This document shows, one piece after another, positions 16,386 through 25,144 of a DNA stretch of 64,000 nt; position 1 is the stretch's first letter; every line of letters begins with the position of its first letter. The DNA is from an uncultured bacterium (GTDB lineage: Bacteria; Verrucomicrobiota; Kiritimatiellia; RFP12; UBA1067): positions 14,932-78,931 of the forward strand of contig CADCCW010000001.1 of the NCBI GenBank assembly GCA_902800055.1, read 5' to 3'. The position numbers and the translations under genes are program-made. The notes under the pieces were generated by a model. The model made no database searches. It was not told where the DNA came from and worked only from the letters and a program-made list of their open reading frames with translations.

Positions 16386-16712
16386 CTATGCCTTCACGAT
16401 GAGCGCCATGAAGACGAAGTCCTCGGCGCCGGCGGAATTGTCCACGCCGTGGCCGGAGCCGGAGGGCGTCCAGGTCGAGTCGCCGGGGCCGATCCTCCGC
16501 TTCGCGCCGTTGTCGTCGTAGACCGCCTCGCCGGAGAGGACGAAGTAGCTCTCGCCTTCGCCATGGTGCTCGTGGAAGCCAAGCGTCGAGCCTGCCGGAA
16601 TCGTCACCTTCGCGTACAGCCTGCACTTGTCGCCCAGCTCCTCGTCGAGGATCAGTTCGAGCTTGAGCTCGCCCTTGCCGTTGCCGCTCGGCATCGTGAT
16701 CGTCTTCTTCAT
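16386..16712 (-). CDS. Cupin-domain protein
   Basis: 108 aa. GFHEHHGEGESYFVLSGEAVYDDNG...GPGDSTWTPSGSGHGVDN is the two-motif cupin signature G(x)5HxH...E / G(x)5PxG...H. Confidence 0.75.
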   Translation of the reverse strand: MKKTITMPSGNGKGELKLELILDEELGDKCRLYAKVTIPAGSTLGFHEHHGEGESYFVLSGEAVYDDNGAKRRIGPGDSTWTPSGSGHGVDNSAGAEDFVFMALIVKA

Positions 16713-16733
16713 GTTGATTCCCTTCCCGGCGCC

Positions 16734-17885
16734 TCACGCCGTTGGTTGTGTTTTCAAGCTGTGCGAAAGCTCCCTCCTCGCGGTTTCCAGCCGCGCGGTG
16801 AGCCGCGCGTACGCGGCGGCGCGGACTGATTCCCAGTCGCCGCGGTCCCTGAGCACGGCGAGCACGCGGCGCGTCACCCGCTCCCAGTCGCAGTCGTAGA
16901 CGCTGCCCTCGACGACCTGGCCGAAGTTGGCCAGCCAGTTGGCGAGCTTCGAGCCGCGCGCAATGCCGAGCCCCATGGTGCCGGCGTTCGCGGCGAGGAT
17001 CAGCAGATGCAGCCGGCTCGAGAGGACGACGTCGCATTTCGCCGCGGCTTCCACCACCGCCTCCGGCGTCGCGCCCGCGATGCACTCCACGCCAAGCCGT
17101 CCAAGGAGTGCGCGATCGGTCCTGGGGTTCATCGGGATGCCGAGGACGCGTGCGCCGGACGCGCGGACGTCATCAATCAGTTTGCTCAACCCAGCCAGGT
17201 CGGAAACCTGCCGCTGAGTCGAGATGCAGAGGCCGAGGGTGGGGGATGGGGAATGGGGAACGGGGAACGGGGAATGGGGAATGGGGGATGGGGGATGGGG
17301 GGCGGGGAGCAGGATTGCGGTGTCGGCGGCTACCTTGGCGCCGGAGAATCCCATCGTCGCCAGCATCGCCGCGCTCTCGGGGTCGCGCAGCCACACGCCG
17401 CGGCAGCGCGGCAGAATCGCCGCGATGCGCCGCGCGAGACGGGAACGGAGGCGCTGCTCGTACCAGTCGACGAGCCCAAGGCACTGGAGCAGCAGACGGC
17501 GCTTGCCGTGGGCCTTGAAGAAGACGGGGTTCAGTTCGTCGTCCATGCCGACGCCCCAGACGTAGGTCGCAACTCCCTCGCGCTGCGCGATTTCAAGGAG
17601 GTCAAGCGCGACGTCGGGATAGTCGGAAAGTCCTGTCGCGCCGCACCAGACGTAGGCATCGCGGCCGCGGACCGCCGCGGCAAAGCCGTCGAGCGGCGTT
17701 CCGGCGAAGCCGAACGGAGGTACCACCTCCACGCCCAGCAGCTCCGCAGTCGCCGGATCGGCCGTCGCCACCGCCAGCTCCACGCCGGGCAGCGACGACT
17801 TGAGCAACTTGACGACGCAGGCGACAATCGCCTCGTCGCCGATGTTGTCGCAGCCAAGCGGAATGCCCCCGAGCAGAACCCTCAT
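16734..17885 (-). CDS. Polysaccharide pyruvyl transferase family protein (carries an in-frame heptamer-repeat insert)
   Basis: N-terminus GGIPLGCDNIGDEAI, and a C-terminal half with VVLSSRLHLLILAANAGTMGLGI, typical of the CsaB/WcaK-like PS_pyruv_trans family. The insert reads PHPPSPIPHSPFPVPHSPSP. Confidence 0.7.
   Translation of the reverse strand: MRVLLGGIPLGCDNIGDEAIVACVVKLLKSSLPGVELAVATADPATAELLGVEVVPPFGFAGTPLDGFAAAVRGRDAYVWCGATGLSDYPDVALDLLEIAQREGVATYVWGVGMDDELNPVFFKAHGKRRLLLQCLGLVDWYEQRLRSRLARRIAAILPRCRGVWLRDPESAAMLATMGFSGAKVAADTAILLPAPHPPSPIPHSPFPVPHSPSPTLGLCISTQRQVSDLAGLSKLIDDVRASGARVLGIPMNPRTDRALLGRLGVECIAGATPEAVVEAAAKCDVVLSSRLHLLILAANAGTMGLGIARGSKLANWLANFGQVVEGSVYDCDWERVTRRVLAVLRDRGDWESVRAAAYARLTARLETARRELSHSLKTQPTA
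17241..17310. repeat. GGGGRAY heptamer array, about 10 units (G-quadruplex motif), in frame inside the pyruvyl transferase gene
   Basis: GGGGGAT GGGGAAT GGGGAAC GGGGAAC GGGGAAT GGGGAAT GGGGGAT GGGGGAT GGGGGGC GGGGAGC on the plus strand. Translated on the minus strand it gives PHPPSPIPHSPFPVPHSPSP. Confidence 0.9.
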
Positions 17886-18874
17886 TCCCCGCCTCCGTGC
17901 CAGGTGAGCACATCCGCCGCCGCGAGCCGCGGCGACGCAGCGACGTCGAACTCCTCCGGCGGCATTCCGCAGGCGATCAGCTGGACGATCGCCTCGTTCT
18001 CCGGAATGCCGAGCAGCCCGTGCGCGGCGCGGTCGGCCTCTGGCGCGACGCTCCAGTGTAGAATGCAGTGCGCAACGCCGTGGTAGTGGAGCGCGTAGCA
18101 GAGGTTCATCACGAACAGGCCGCCGTTCGTGTAGCAGTCGTGGCGCTCCCAGCTCCAGCGGACGGCCGAGAGGTCGGACGTGACCACCAGCACCTTGTCG
18201 GCGTCCTGTCCGAACCCGCGCGTCCCGCCCTGCATCTCAAAGAGCCGGTCGCGCAGCGCAGGCGAGTCGACTACGTGGACGCGCGCGTGCTGGCGGTTGC
18301 AGGCGCTCGGGGCGGTGGTCGCGAGCGCGATGGCGGACTCGACCGTCTCCCGGGGAACAGGCCCAGCGAAATGGCGGCAGACGTGGCGCGAAGCGGCAAA
18401 CTCGGGGAACGGCGCGTCCTTCGCGGCGAAGAAGTCGGCTCTGCGGACATGCGGCTCGCGCGCCGCGGGAACATCCGGCCGCGCGGCGAGGAATGCGTCG
18501 AGCCGCGGCATCGGCTCCGGCCAGTCGCGATGGAGCTCGCGGTAGGCGCGGAGCACCGCGACGGCGTGCGTGACCTGCGGGTCATCCGCGCCAAAGCGCC
18601 GCTCGAACGAGTCGACGAGGTTGACCAGGTGGACGACCGCGCCCCTGCCGAAGCCAAGCCGGCGATGTGGCATGGTGAGGCCCTTCTCCAGCACATGGTA
18701 GCCCATGACGATCTCGGCGCGCGCGGCGGACATGCGGTCGAGGTGCAGCGCCCCCGCGTTCGCCATGAACTGCCGCCGGTCGTAGCGGAACGCGCGCGAG
18801 GCCTCGCGCCGCATCTTCGCCCGTTCCCGGAAGGAAACCAGCGCCCGCTTGAGCCTTCTTAAGAACTCCATCAT
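17882..18874 (-). CDS. Nitroreductase-family protein with N-terminal helical extension
   Basis: The real start is MMEFLRRLK at 18874, where the ATGATG overlaps the upstream stop. The C-terminal half reads SRHVCRHFAG..., TAPSACNRQHARVHVV and VTSDL..., which is nitroreductase-like. Confidence 0.6.
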   Translation of the reverse strand: MMEFLRRLKRALVSFRERAKMRREASRAFRYDRRQFMANAGALHLDRMSAARAEIVMGYHVLEKGLTMPHRRLGFGRGAVVHLVNLVDSFERRFGADDPQVTHAVAVLRAYRELHRDWPEPMPRLDAFLAARPDVPAAREPHVRRADFFAAKDAPFPEFAASRHVCRHFAGPVPRETVESAIALATTAPSACNRQHARVHVVDSPALRDRLFEMQGGTRGFGQDADKVLVVTSDLSAVRWSWERHDCYTNGGLFVMNLCYALHYHGVAHCILHWSVAPEADRAAHGLLGIPENEAIVQLIACGMPPEEFDVAASPRLAAADVLTWHGGGE

Positions 18875-19422
18875 TCCCCGAGCATCCCCTCGGGCATGTC
18901 CCTGCCCCACTGCCGCCGGTAGCGCACCTCGGCCGCCCGGTTCTTGATCGTGTGGATCATCTCCTTCGAGACGAAATCCTCGTCTGGGACTTCCGAGAAG
19001 AAGCTCGCCACCATTCCCTTCCCCTCGAGCCAGTCGGCGTTGTCCTCGGCGTATGCCTTCAGCAGCGCCCCTCCTCGACCCTCGCCGATGAGTGCGAACG
19101 GTCTGCACGTCTTGTTATGATGCTTCACATACCACTTCACCGCGTTCTCGATGTCATCCTCGTTGGCGATCAGGGGGGAGAACACGCGGGCGAATCCGTC
19201 GAGCTTGCCTCTGCCGACGGCGTCCAGCGCAGTCGACTGCATCTTGGGCAGGGCAGTCATGTCGACATACAACTGGTCCTGGACGTAGATCACGTCGACC
19301 GGAACCGAGAAGGCCCGCACCGCGTCCTCGCGCACCAGCCAGTTCTCCATGTAGTCATACGGCGAACGGCAGCCGGACAACACGGCAGCGGCGACAAGCA
19401 GGGCTGGGATCGGATTCTTCAT
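18871..19422 (-). CDS. Lipoprotein, possibly a degenerate DUF3089/alpha-beta-hydrolase-like protein
   Basis: Lipobox-type signal MKNPIPALLVAAAVLSGC. PVDVIYVQ and PFALIGEGRGGALL resemble a hydrolase nucleophile elbow, but Gly replaces the Ser. Confidence 0.45.
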   Translation of the reverse strand: MKNPIPALLVAAAVLSGCRSPYDYMENWLVREDAVRAFSVPVDVIYVQDQLYVDMTALPKMQSTALDAVGRGKLDGFARVFSPLIANEDDIENAVKWYVKHHNKTCRPFALIGEGRGGALLKAYAEDNADWLEGKGMVASFFSEVPDEDFVSKEMIHTIKNRAAEVRYRRQWGRDMPEGMLGE

Positions 19423-20252
19423 TTCTGCTGGGCGAGCGGCATCGAGGACATGGCGTCAGAATCGGAGCAGGCGAGGCGAAAGCCGAAGATGCAGTTGCGC
19501 AGGGTGGGCTCGCGCTTGAGCCTGTAGGCGCAGCGGCAGTCGGTGCCGAGGAAGAACCAGCAGCCGCCGCGCAGCATCTTGAACGACCCGGAAGGAGGGC
19601 CCTTGGGGTTGACCGCGTCGCTCTTCGGATTGGAGAACCAGTCCGAGCACCACTCCAGGACGTTTCCATGCATGTCGTAAAAGCCCCACGCGTTCGGCTT
19701 GTTCGCCCCCACCTCGTGCGTGTGGTGCTCGCTGTTCTCGTCGTACCACGCCATCTCCGACACCACTCCGCTGCCCGCGAACGGCGCATCGCTGCCGGCG
19801 CGGCAGGCGTATTCCCACTCCGCCTCGGTCGGAAGGCGCGCCTTGCCGCCGAACGCCGGGTTCACGCGCTTGACAAACGCCTCGCAGTCGTACCACGAGA
19901 CGTTCTCGACGGGGCTGTCCCCGTTCTTGAAGCGGGAGTGGTTGCTTCGCATCACGCTCTCCCACTGGCTCTGGGTGACCTCGTACTTGCCGAGCCAGAA
20001 GCCCTTCGTGAGCGTCACCGAGTGAAGCGGCTCGTCTGAAACGCGCCCGTGCTCGTCGTCCGGGCTGCCCATCCTGAACGACCCGGGCGCGCACCATATC
20101 ATCTCCATCTTCGCGCCGCCGGGAAGCGTCACGACCCGCGTTTCGCCGGTCTTGCGCGTCTCGCCGGCGGCCGGCGGGGAATCGCCCCGCGCGCCGGAAA
20201 ACGCCGTTGTCGCCAGCGTCGCCAGCACCAGAATGTAGATTCGTGCTTTCAT
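19419..20252 (-). CDS. Formylglycine-generating-enzyme (SUMF1/FGE-sulfatase) domain protein, secreted
   Basis: Signal peptide, then FRMGSPDDEHGRVSDEPLHSVTLTKGFWLGKYEVTQSQWESVM, VSWYDCEAFVKRV, RLPTEAEWEYACRAG, NAWGFYDMHGNVLEWCSDW and MLRGGCWF. Confidence 0.85.
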   Translation of the reverse strand: MKARIYILVLATLATTAFSGARGDSPPAAGETRKTGETRVVTLPGGAKMEMIWCAPGSFRMGSPDDEHGRVSDEPLHSVTLTKGFWLGKYEVTQSQWESVMRSNHSRFKNGDSPVENVSWYDCEAFVKRVNPAFGGKARLPTEAEWEYACRAGSDAPFAGSGVVSEMAWYDENSEHHTHEVGANKPNAWGFYDMHGNVLEWCSDWFSNPKSDAVNPKGPPSGSFKMLRGGCWFFLGTDCRCAYRLKREPTLRNCIFGFRLACSDSDAMSSMPLAQQK

Positions 20253-20260
20253 AGAAGCGG

Positions 20261-20269
20261 ATTATAGCA
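20261..20269 (-). promoter_or_regulatory. Extended -10 box TGCTATAAT, 8 nt upstream of the FGE-domain gene ATG
   Basis: The minus strand reads GATATGCTATAATCCGCTTCT-ATG. It is divergent from the GT2 promoter. Confidence 0.45.
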
Positions 20270-20343
20270 TATCTCGGGCAAAAATGGTATATCAAACTGC
20301 CATGAAAGCGCTGGCCGCGGATTTGACACGCTGCGCCATTTTA

Positions 20344-20352
20344 TGGTAATAT
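20344..20352 (+). promoter_or_regulatory. Extended -10 box TGGTAATAT, 11 nt upstream of the GT2 ATG (20364)
   Basis: The plus strand reads TTTTATGGTAATATTCGCGCAGACG-ATG. Confidence 0.4.
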
Positions 20353-20363
20353 TCGCGCAGACG

Positions 20364-21437
20364 ATGACGAAAGAAAAGACAGAACCGTTTTTCTCGATAA
20401 TAGTTCCATGCTGCGACGTGGAGCCGTATGTGCGCGAATGCCTTGACTCCGTGCTGAGGCAGGACTTTAGGGACTGGGAGTGCCTGCTCGGGGTCGAAAC
20501 ATCCAAGGACAGGACGGAGGCGGTGGTGCGCGAATACGCGGCGAAGGACCCGCGCTTCAAGGTCTTCACCGGTCCGCGCTCCGGCTCCTGCTCCGCCTCG
20601 CGCAACGCCGGCATCGACCGTGCGACCGGCGAATACCTCATCTTCCTCGACGGCGACGACACGATCACCGAAGGCTCGCTCCAGCGCCTCCACGACAAGA
20701 TCTCCGCGCGCCCCGGCGCCGACCTCTACCCCTGCGCGGTTCAGGTCCTGGACGCGAAGGCGGGGAAGGTCACGGAGATCCGCGACAACTATCCTGCCGA
20801 CGCAAAGCCAGAGTTCACCGGACCGGAAGCAACGCTTTACATCGCCGGCATACGCAAGCATCCGCATCCGATGATGCAGCTGACGATCTGCCGAAGGGCC
20901 TTCCTGGTCGAAAACAAGCTCAGGTGCATCCACGGCCTTCGCGGCCAGGACAGGCAATTCTCGCCGCGTGCGCTGTATCTCGCCAAGCGGGTCTGCCCGC
21001 TGCACGAGCCATTCTACGTCTACCTGTACAACCGGACCGGCTCCGTAGTGACGTCAGTCAACAAGAAGGACCTGCTCAAGGACGAGGCCATAATCCACCA
21101 GACGCTTTTCGAATTCCACTCCTTGGCAAGCTCCAGCCCCGGCTTTGACCGGCGCCTGACGGCCTGCTGGGGAAAGAGCTGGATAAGCTGGATCGCCTAC
21201 ATGTGGTTCAGCCCACTGCGCATCAAGCACATACCGCGCGCGCGGCGCGTTGAAACGCTTGGCATCCTCTTCAAGAACGGCTATGCCGACTTCGCCCCCC
21301 TTCTCGGCAGCGTGTCCACACCGCTGCGCCTTGCCGGAAAGGCCATGTACCTGTATGCGGGGCACCCGCTCCTGCGCATCCCGATCGAGATGTTCTTCAG
21401 GCTCTACTTCCTGCTTGCGAAGATCAAAGCGTCATGA
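20364..21437 (+). CDS. Family 2 glycosyltransferase
   Basis: FFSIIVPCCDVEPYVRECLDSVLRQDF...ASRNAGIDRATGEYLIFLDGDD is the GT2 pattern. I chose the start at Met 20364 (MTKEK). The track start ATG 20343 lies inside a TGGTAATAT extended -10 box. Confidence 0.8.
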   Translation: MTKEKTEPFFSIIVPCCDVEPYVRECLDSVLRQDFRDWECLLGVETSKDRTEAVVREYAAKDPRFKVFTGPRSGSCSASRNAGIDRATGEYLIFLDGDDTITEGSLQRLHDKISARPGADLYPCAVQVLDAKAGKVTEIRDNYPADAKPEFTGPEATLYIAGIRKHPHPMMQLTICRRAFLVENKLRCIHGLRGQDRQFSPRALYLAKRVCPLHEPFYVYLYNRTGSVVTSVNKKDLLKDEAIIHQTLFEFHSLASSSPGFDRRLTACWGKSWISWIAYMWFSPLRIKHIPRARRVETLGILFKNGYADFAPLLGSVSTPLRLAGKAMYLYAGHPLLRIPIEMFFRLYFLLAKIKAS

Positions 21438-22597
21438 AAAGCGTCCTGCTGTACTACAACTTCAGCTACCCGCTCGGCGGCGGGGACTTCCTGCCGTTGA
21501 CCTTCGCGTCGTGGCTGCAGTCCAGATGCGAACTCACGCTGGCCGTCGACTCCGAGGCGGGATTCCACAAGGCGCTTAAGGCATTCGACGTGCCGCTCGG
21601 CCTGGGGCGAATCAAGGTCGAGCCGCTGCTTCCGGCCGGGATAGACTCCCGCTCGCACAATTTCTACTGGTCCTACCGGAGATCCCTGCGGCTGAAGCGC
21701 CTGGCGGCAAAGGCCGACGTCTGCATATCCGCGGTGAACGTCATCGACTTCGGGCGTCCGGCGCACCATTTCATCAACATGCTCTCCGGCGTGGACCACG
21801 CCTTCGCCGCATCGAGCGGCATCGTCAGGCCGAAGACCAGCGTCAAGCGCTTTCTGGTCGACGAAGTGATTCGCCCGATTGCCGGGATGCGGTCAAAGAA
21901 GCGCATCTTCGCCGACGGACGCGAGCGGTTCTACTCCAACTCGAAATATGTCCACGAGCGGCTGAAGGCGTTCTACGGCGACTTTCACGACACGATCTTC
22001 TATCCGCCGACGACATACGAGCCGGAGGTCTCCGCCGAAGTTCCGCCGCGCGACCCAATGCGCGTCATCTGCCTTGGGCGCATCAGCCCCCAGAAGCGCG
22101 TAACGGACATCATTGACGTGGTAGAACGAGCCCGCGCGCTTTCCGGAAAAGACATAACGCTGACGGTTGCCGGCCCCTGCGGCAACGGCGAATACGCGAC
22201 GAGGGTCAAGCATATCGTCGAGGCCAGGCCGTGGATCACCTTGGTCGACGGCGTCTTCGGGAAGGCGAAGGACGACCTCCTTCGTTCGGGGTGCTTCGCA
22301 GTGCATGCAAGGCGAGACGAGGAGTTCGGCATCGCCGTAACGGAGTACCTCAAGGCAGGGCTAATCACCGTCGTTCCCAACGAAGGCGGCTCCTGCGAGG
22401 TTGTCGACCAGCAGGAGCTCTCGTATTCAACCAACGATGATGCCGCGGCCAAGCTCGCCCGCCTTGTCTCGGACAGCGCGTTCGCGGAGGCCATGCGAAG
22501 CCACTGCCAGTCGCGGGCGCTGGAGTTCTCGCGCAGCGAATACGAGAAACGCCAAGGCGAGATCCTCGACAAGATACTGTCGGAAGCCTCCAAGTGA
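21434..22597 (+). CDS. Family 4 glycosyltransferase
   Basis: The C-terminal Rossmann half reads VICLGRISPQKRV..., EEFGIAVTEYLKAGLITVVPNEGG and SCEVV, the E-x7-E type GT4 motif. ATGA overlap with the preceding GT2. Confidence 0.75.
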   Translation: MKSVLLYYNFSYPLGGGDFLPLTFASWLQSRCELTLAVDSEAGFHKALKAFDVPLGLGRIKVEPLLPAGIDSRSHNFYWSYRRSLRLKRLAAKADVCISAVNVIDFGRPAHHFINMLSGVDHAFAASSGIVRPKTSVKRFLVDEVIRPIAGMRSKKRIFADGRERFYSNSKYVHERLKAFYGDFHDTIFYPPTTYEPEVSAEVPPRDPMRVICLGRISPQKRVTDIIDVVERARALSGKDITLTVAGPCGNGEYATRVKHIVEARPWITLVDGVFGKAKDDLLRSGCFAVHARRDEEFGIAVTEYLKAGLITVVPNEGGSCEVVDQQELSYSTNDDAAAKLARLVSDSAFAEAMRSHCQSRALEFSRSEYEKRQGEILDKILSEASK

Positions 22598-22631
22598 CCA
22601 GGTCCTGAGAACGCCGCAGAACGGCATTCCG

Positions 22632-23582
22632 TCAGAAAATGCGCTTGAGCCTTCTGACGACCTTGGGCTTGAGCGTCATCCACGGAATGAGCACGCGCAT
22701 AAGGCTTTTGCGCGAGCGCATGAGGCATCCCGGGATCGGACCGGGGAGCGCGAGCCCCTGCGACGCCGCCCATTCCACGACGGACACGTACTCGTCGAAA
22801 AAACGAAAGGCGCGCTTCGTCCACCCTTCCCACGGCTTCGGCCTGGCGATGAAGTGGACGAACAGCCGGCTTCTGTCCTTGTTCATCCTGTACACGTCCT
22901 GCACGCGCGGCGCATCGGTGACGAAGTTGAGGCAGGCGTTCAGCGTGCTTTCGTCAAGCTGGTGGTAGAAGCGGAGCGACCTGTCCTCCACCCCGACGTC
23001 GCGGTCGGGAAGAACCTTCATCTGAAGCGCATGCCACACCTCGGCGAACTTCCTGAAGCGCGCCATTGAAAACGAGCAGAAGGACGCGGAGCCGGAAGTC
23101 GCGTACCGCGGCTCGCCGCGGGCTTCGCCCGCCACTTCCTCGATGTCCTTTCTCCACGCCTCGAGAACTGCCTTCGGGATCGACATGCCGTCTTCGCCGA
23201 AAGTGTGCCCCCTGAACGCACCGGGCATTTCAAACGGAGCGCGAAGGCGAAAGTGAATTTCGTCGGGAGAGTCGGGGACCAGGATCTCCGAGACGTTTCC
23301 GGTGAAGAAGGCGTCAGAATCCGCCCAGGTCGCGTATTCCGTCTCGACGTCAAGCATCACGCGGGCCTTGAGGCACGTCAGCGAGCGCTTCTCCCCGTCG
23401 AGGTTAACGACCCTGACGCCGCCGAACTGCGTCAGGACGCGCTCGGCATCCGGCGTGAACTTCTTGACTCCGACGAGAAACGGCTCGTCCATGCCGGACC
23501 GCCGCGCGGAGGCTATCAGGAGGAATATCCCCCACAGATAGTTTATGTCGCCAATCGTGACAATGGTATTGTCCCTTTTCAT
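22632..23582 (-). CDS. Nucleotide-diphospho-sugar transferase (GT8-like)
   Basis: IVTIGDINYLWGIFLLIASARRSG N-terminus, WADSDAFF (a DxD-like motif), and FIARPKPWEGW near the C-terminus, as in GT8-type enzymes. Confidence 0.55.
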   Translation of the reverse strand: MKRDNTIVTIGDINYLWGIFLLIASARRSGMDEPFLVGVKKFTPDAERVLTQFGGVRVVNLDGEKRSLTCLKARVMLDVETEYATWADSDAFFTGNVSEILVPDSPDEIHFRLRAPFEMPGAFRGHTFGEDGMSIPKAVLEAWRKDIEEVAGEARGEPRYATSGSASFCSFSMARFRKFAEVWHALQMKVLPDRDVGVEDRSLRFYHQLDESTLNACLNFVTDAPRVQDVYRMNKDRSRLFVHFIARPKPWEGWTKRAFRFFDEYVSVVEWAASQGLALPGPIPGCLMRSRKSLMRVLIPWMTLKPKVVRRLKRIF

Positions 23583-25129
23583 CAGGCCCCCCTTTCCCCG
23601 GCAGGCGCCGCCTTGCGGCTATGCAGCAATGCGGATATATCGCGCCTGAACAATGCGAAAAGCAGCACGGACACTGCCGCGGCGGAGGCGGCGCCCTTCA
23701 GGGCCAGGCCGGGGATGCCGTCGACGGGAACGATCCGCGCCGTCCACCAGGCGACGACGCAGAGCGCGAACGTGCACGCCGCAAAGCCGAAGTAGGAGCG
23801 CCAGTAGGCGCGCGCCTCCGTCTTGCCGAAGAACGACGAGAACACGACGTGCGACTCCCACGGAATCTGAATGAACGCGAAGCCGATGATGGTCGAGAAG
23901 ATGACGCCGTCGAGCTTGTAGGCGTCCGGGAGGAAGAGGACGAACAGGATGTTCGAGCCGAGGTTCACGGCACCGGCGACGATCGGCTTCCAGCGATCCT
24001 GCTTCCACAGCGAGGCCGCCGACTTGAACGCGAGCAGCACCTGGCGCGACTGCATGATGTAGAAGTAGAACACCATCAAGGCCGGCGTAAGCGCGTGCCG
24101 CATGAGCGCGGGATCGCCCTTCACCCACACTTCCATAAACGGCTGGTAGAGCCCCGCCATCATGGCCGAGCAGAACACGACCACGACCATGGAGAGGCGG
24201 TTCATCCGCATGAAGAGCCTGAAGTTCTCCTCCTTCGACTCGGTGTAGATCTTGTTGCCGAAGCCGCCGGTCATCGAGGAGTAGACGACGGCGACAAGCC
24301 CCGCGACAGAGGTCACGACGTAGTAGTAGTTGCCGTACGCGGCGACGGCGACGAGCCCGAGGAACGCGGAGATCACCAGGTTGTCCGTCGAGTTCGTGAT
24401 GACGCCGCCCACCTTGTGCATGAAGATGGACTTCACGTCGGAGACGACCTTGCGCCGCACTTCCCGCGAAAGCGCACCGCGTGGCTCGATGTCCGGGAAG
24501 AGCCTGCGCGACGCCTTGACGAGGAGCACGTTCTGGACGACCGTGAACACGACCGTCGCGAGAACGTAGTGGTAGTAGTTGCGCGTCACGAGGAGTATGA
24601 GGAACACCACGATGTACTGGGCGATGGAGACGCCGGTCCTGATGTTCGTGACGACGTCGTTGCGGTGGTGCGCGCCAAGGACGACCCCGCGGTACGCGAA
24701 AAGGAAGTAGCTCGCGGCGGTGTTCACGAGGTGGATCACGTAGAGGACGTGCAGGTCTATGTCCGGCGGCACGCTGCCGTGCACGAGGCGGTCAAGGAAC
24801 GGGAGCAGCGCGAGCCCGCCGAAGAAGATGACTGCGCCGACGCAGCGGTATACGGTGCGGTAGAACTTCAGGTACGCGCACAGCAGCTCCCGGTCGTCGT
24901 CGGCGACGGGCTTGTACATCGAGCACACGACGGCGGTGCCGAAGCCGAGCTCGGCAAGCATGAGGACGCCGAGGATCGAGCCAAAGAGTCCGTTGAGGCC
25001 AAGATACGCAGGGCCGAGCAGCCAAAGGAACAGCGTACGGTTCAAGAACGGAAACAGCAACCTTATGCCGCTTGACGCGGCATTGGCGACCATGTTTCGC
25101 TTAACGTTCTTCTTGAAGTCGAGTTTCAT
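23582..25129 (-). CDS. wzx: Wzx-type polysaccharide flippase (MOP superfamily)
   Basis: 515-aa protein that reads as polytopic (about 12-14 hydrophobic segments by eye). The N-terminus KKNVKRNMVANAASSGIRLLFPFLNRTLFLWLLGPAYLGLNGLF is typical of polysaccharide biosynthesis/flippase proteins. Confidence 0.75.
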   Translation of the reverse strand: MKLDFKKNVKRNMVANAASSGIRLLFPFLNRTLFLWLLGPAYLGLNGLFGSILGVLMLAELGFGTAVVCSMYKPVADDDRELLCAYLKFYRTVYRCVGAVIFFGGLALLPFLDRLVHGSVPPDIDLHVLYVIHLVNTAASYFLFAYRGVVLGAHHRNDVVTNIRTGVSIAQYIVVFLILLVTRNYYHYVLATVVFTVVQNVLLVKASRRLFPDIEPRGALSREVRRKVVSDVKSIFMHKVGGVITNSTDNLVISAFLGLVAVAAYGNYYYVVTSVAGLVAVVYSSMTGGFGNKIYTESKEENFRLFMRMNRLSMVVVVFCSAMMAGLYQPFMEVWVKGDPALMRHALTPALMVFYFYIMQSRQVLLAFKSAASLWKQDRWKPIVAGAVNLGSNILFVLFLPDAYKLDGVIFSTIIGFAFIQIPWESHVVFSSFFGKTEARAYWRSYFGFAACTFALCVVAWWTARIVPVDGIPGLALKGAASAAAVSVLLFALFRRDISALLHSRKAAPAGERGA

Positions 25130-25144
25130 CTGACTTTGCCTCGA

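Noticed and set aside
17241-17310. CRISPR array as an explanation for the short repeats (also at 8473, 12734, 26912, 32489, 32761, 36509, 42156 and 56241)
   Set aside because: The units are 7-9 nt and directly abutting, with no unique spacers. The arrays are 30-80 nt long and mostly lie inside coding sequence. No cas genes are present in the window.
20343-20363. Track start codon of the GT2 gene (MVIFAQT...)
   Set aside because: This ATG is part of a TGGTAATAT extended -10 box. The downstream Met (MTKEKTEPFFSIIVP) gives the usual short GT2 N-terminus. The call remains uncertain without TSS data.
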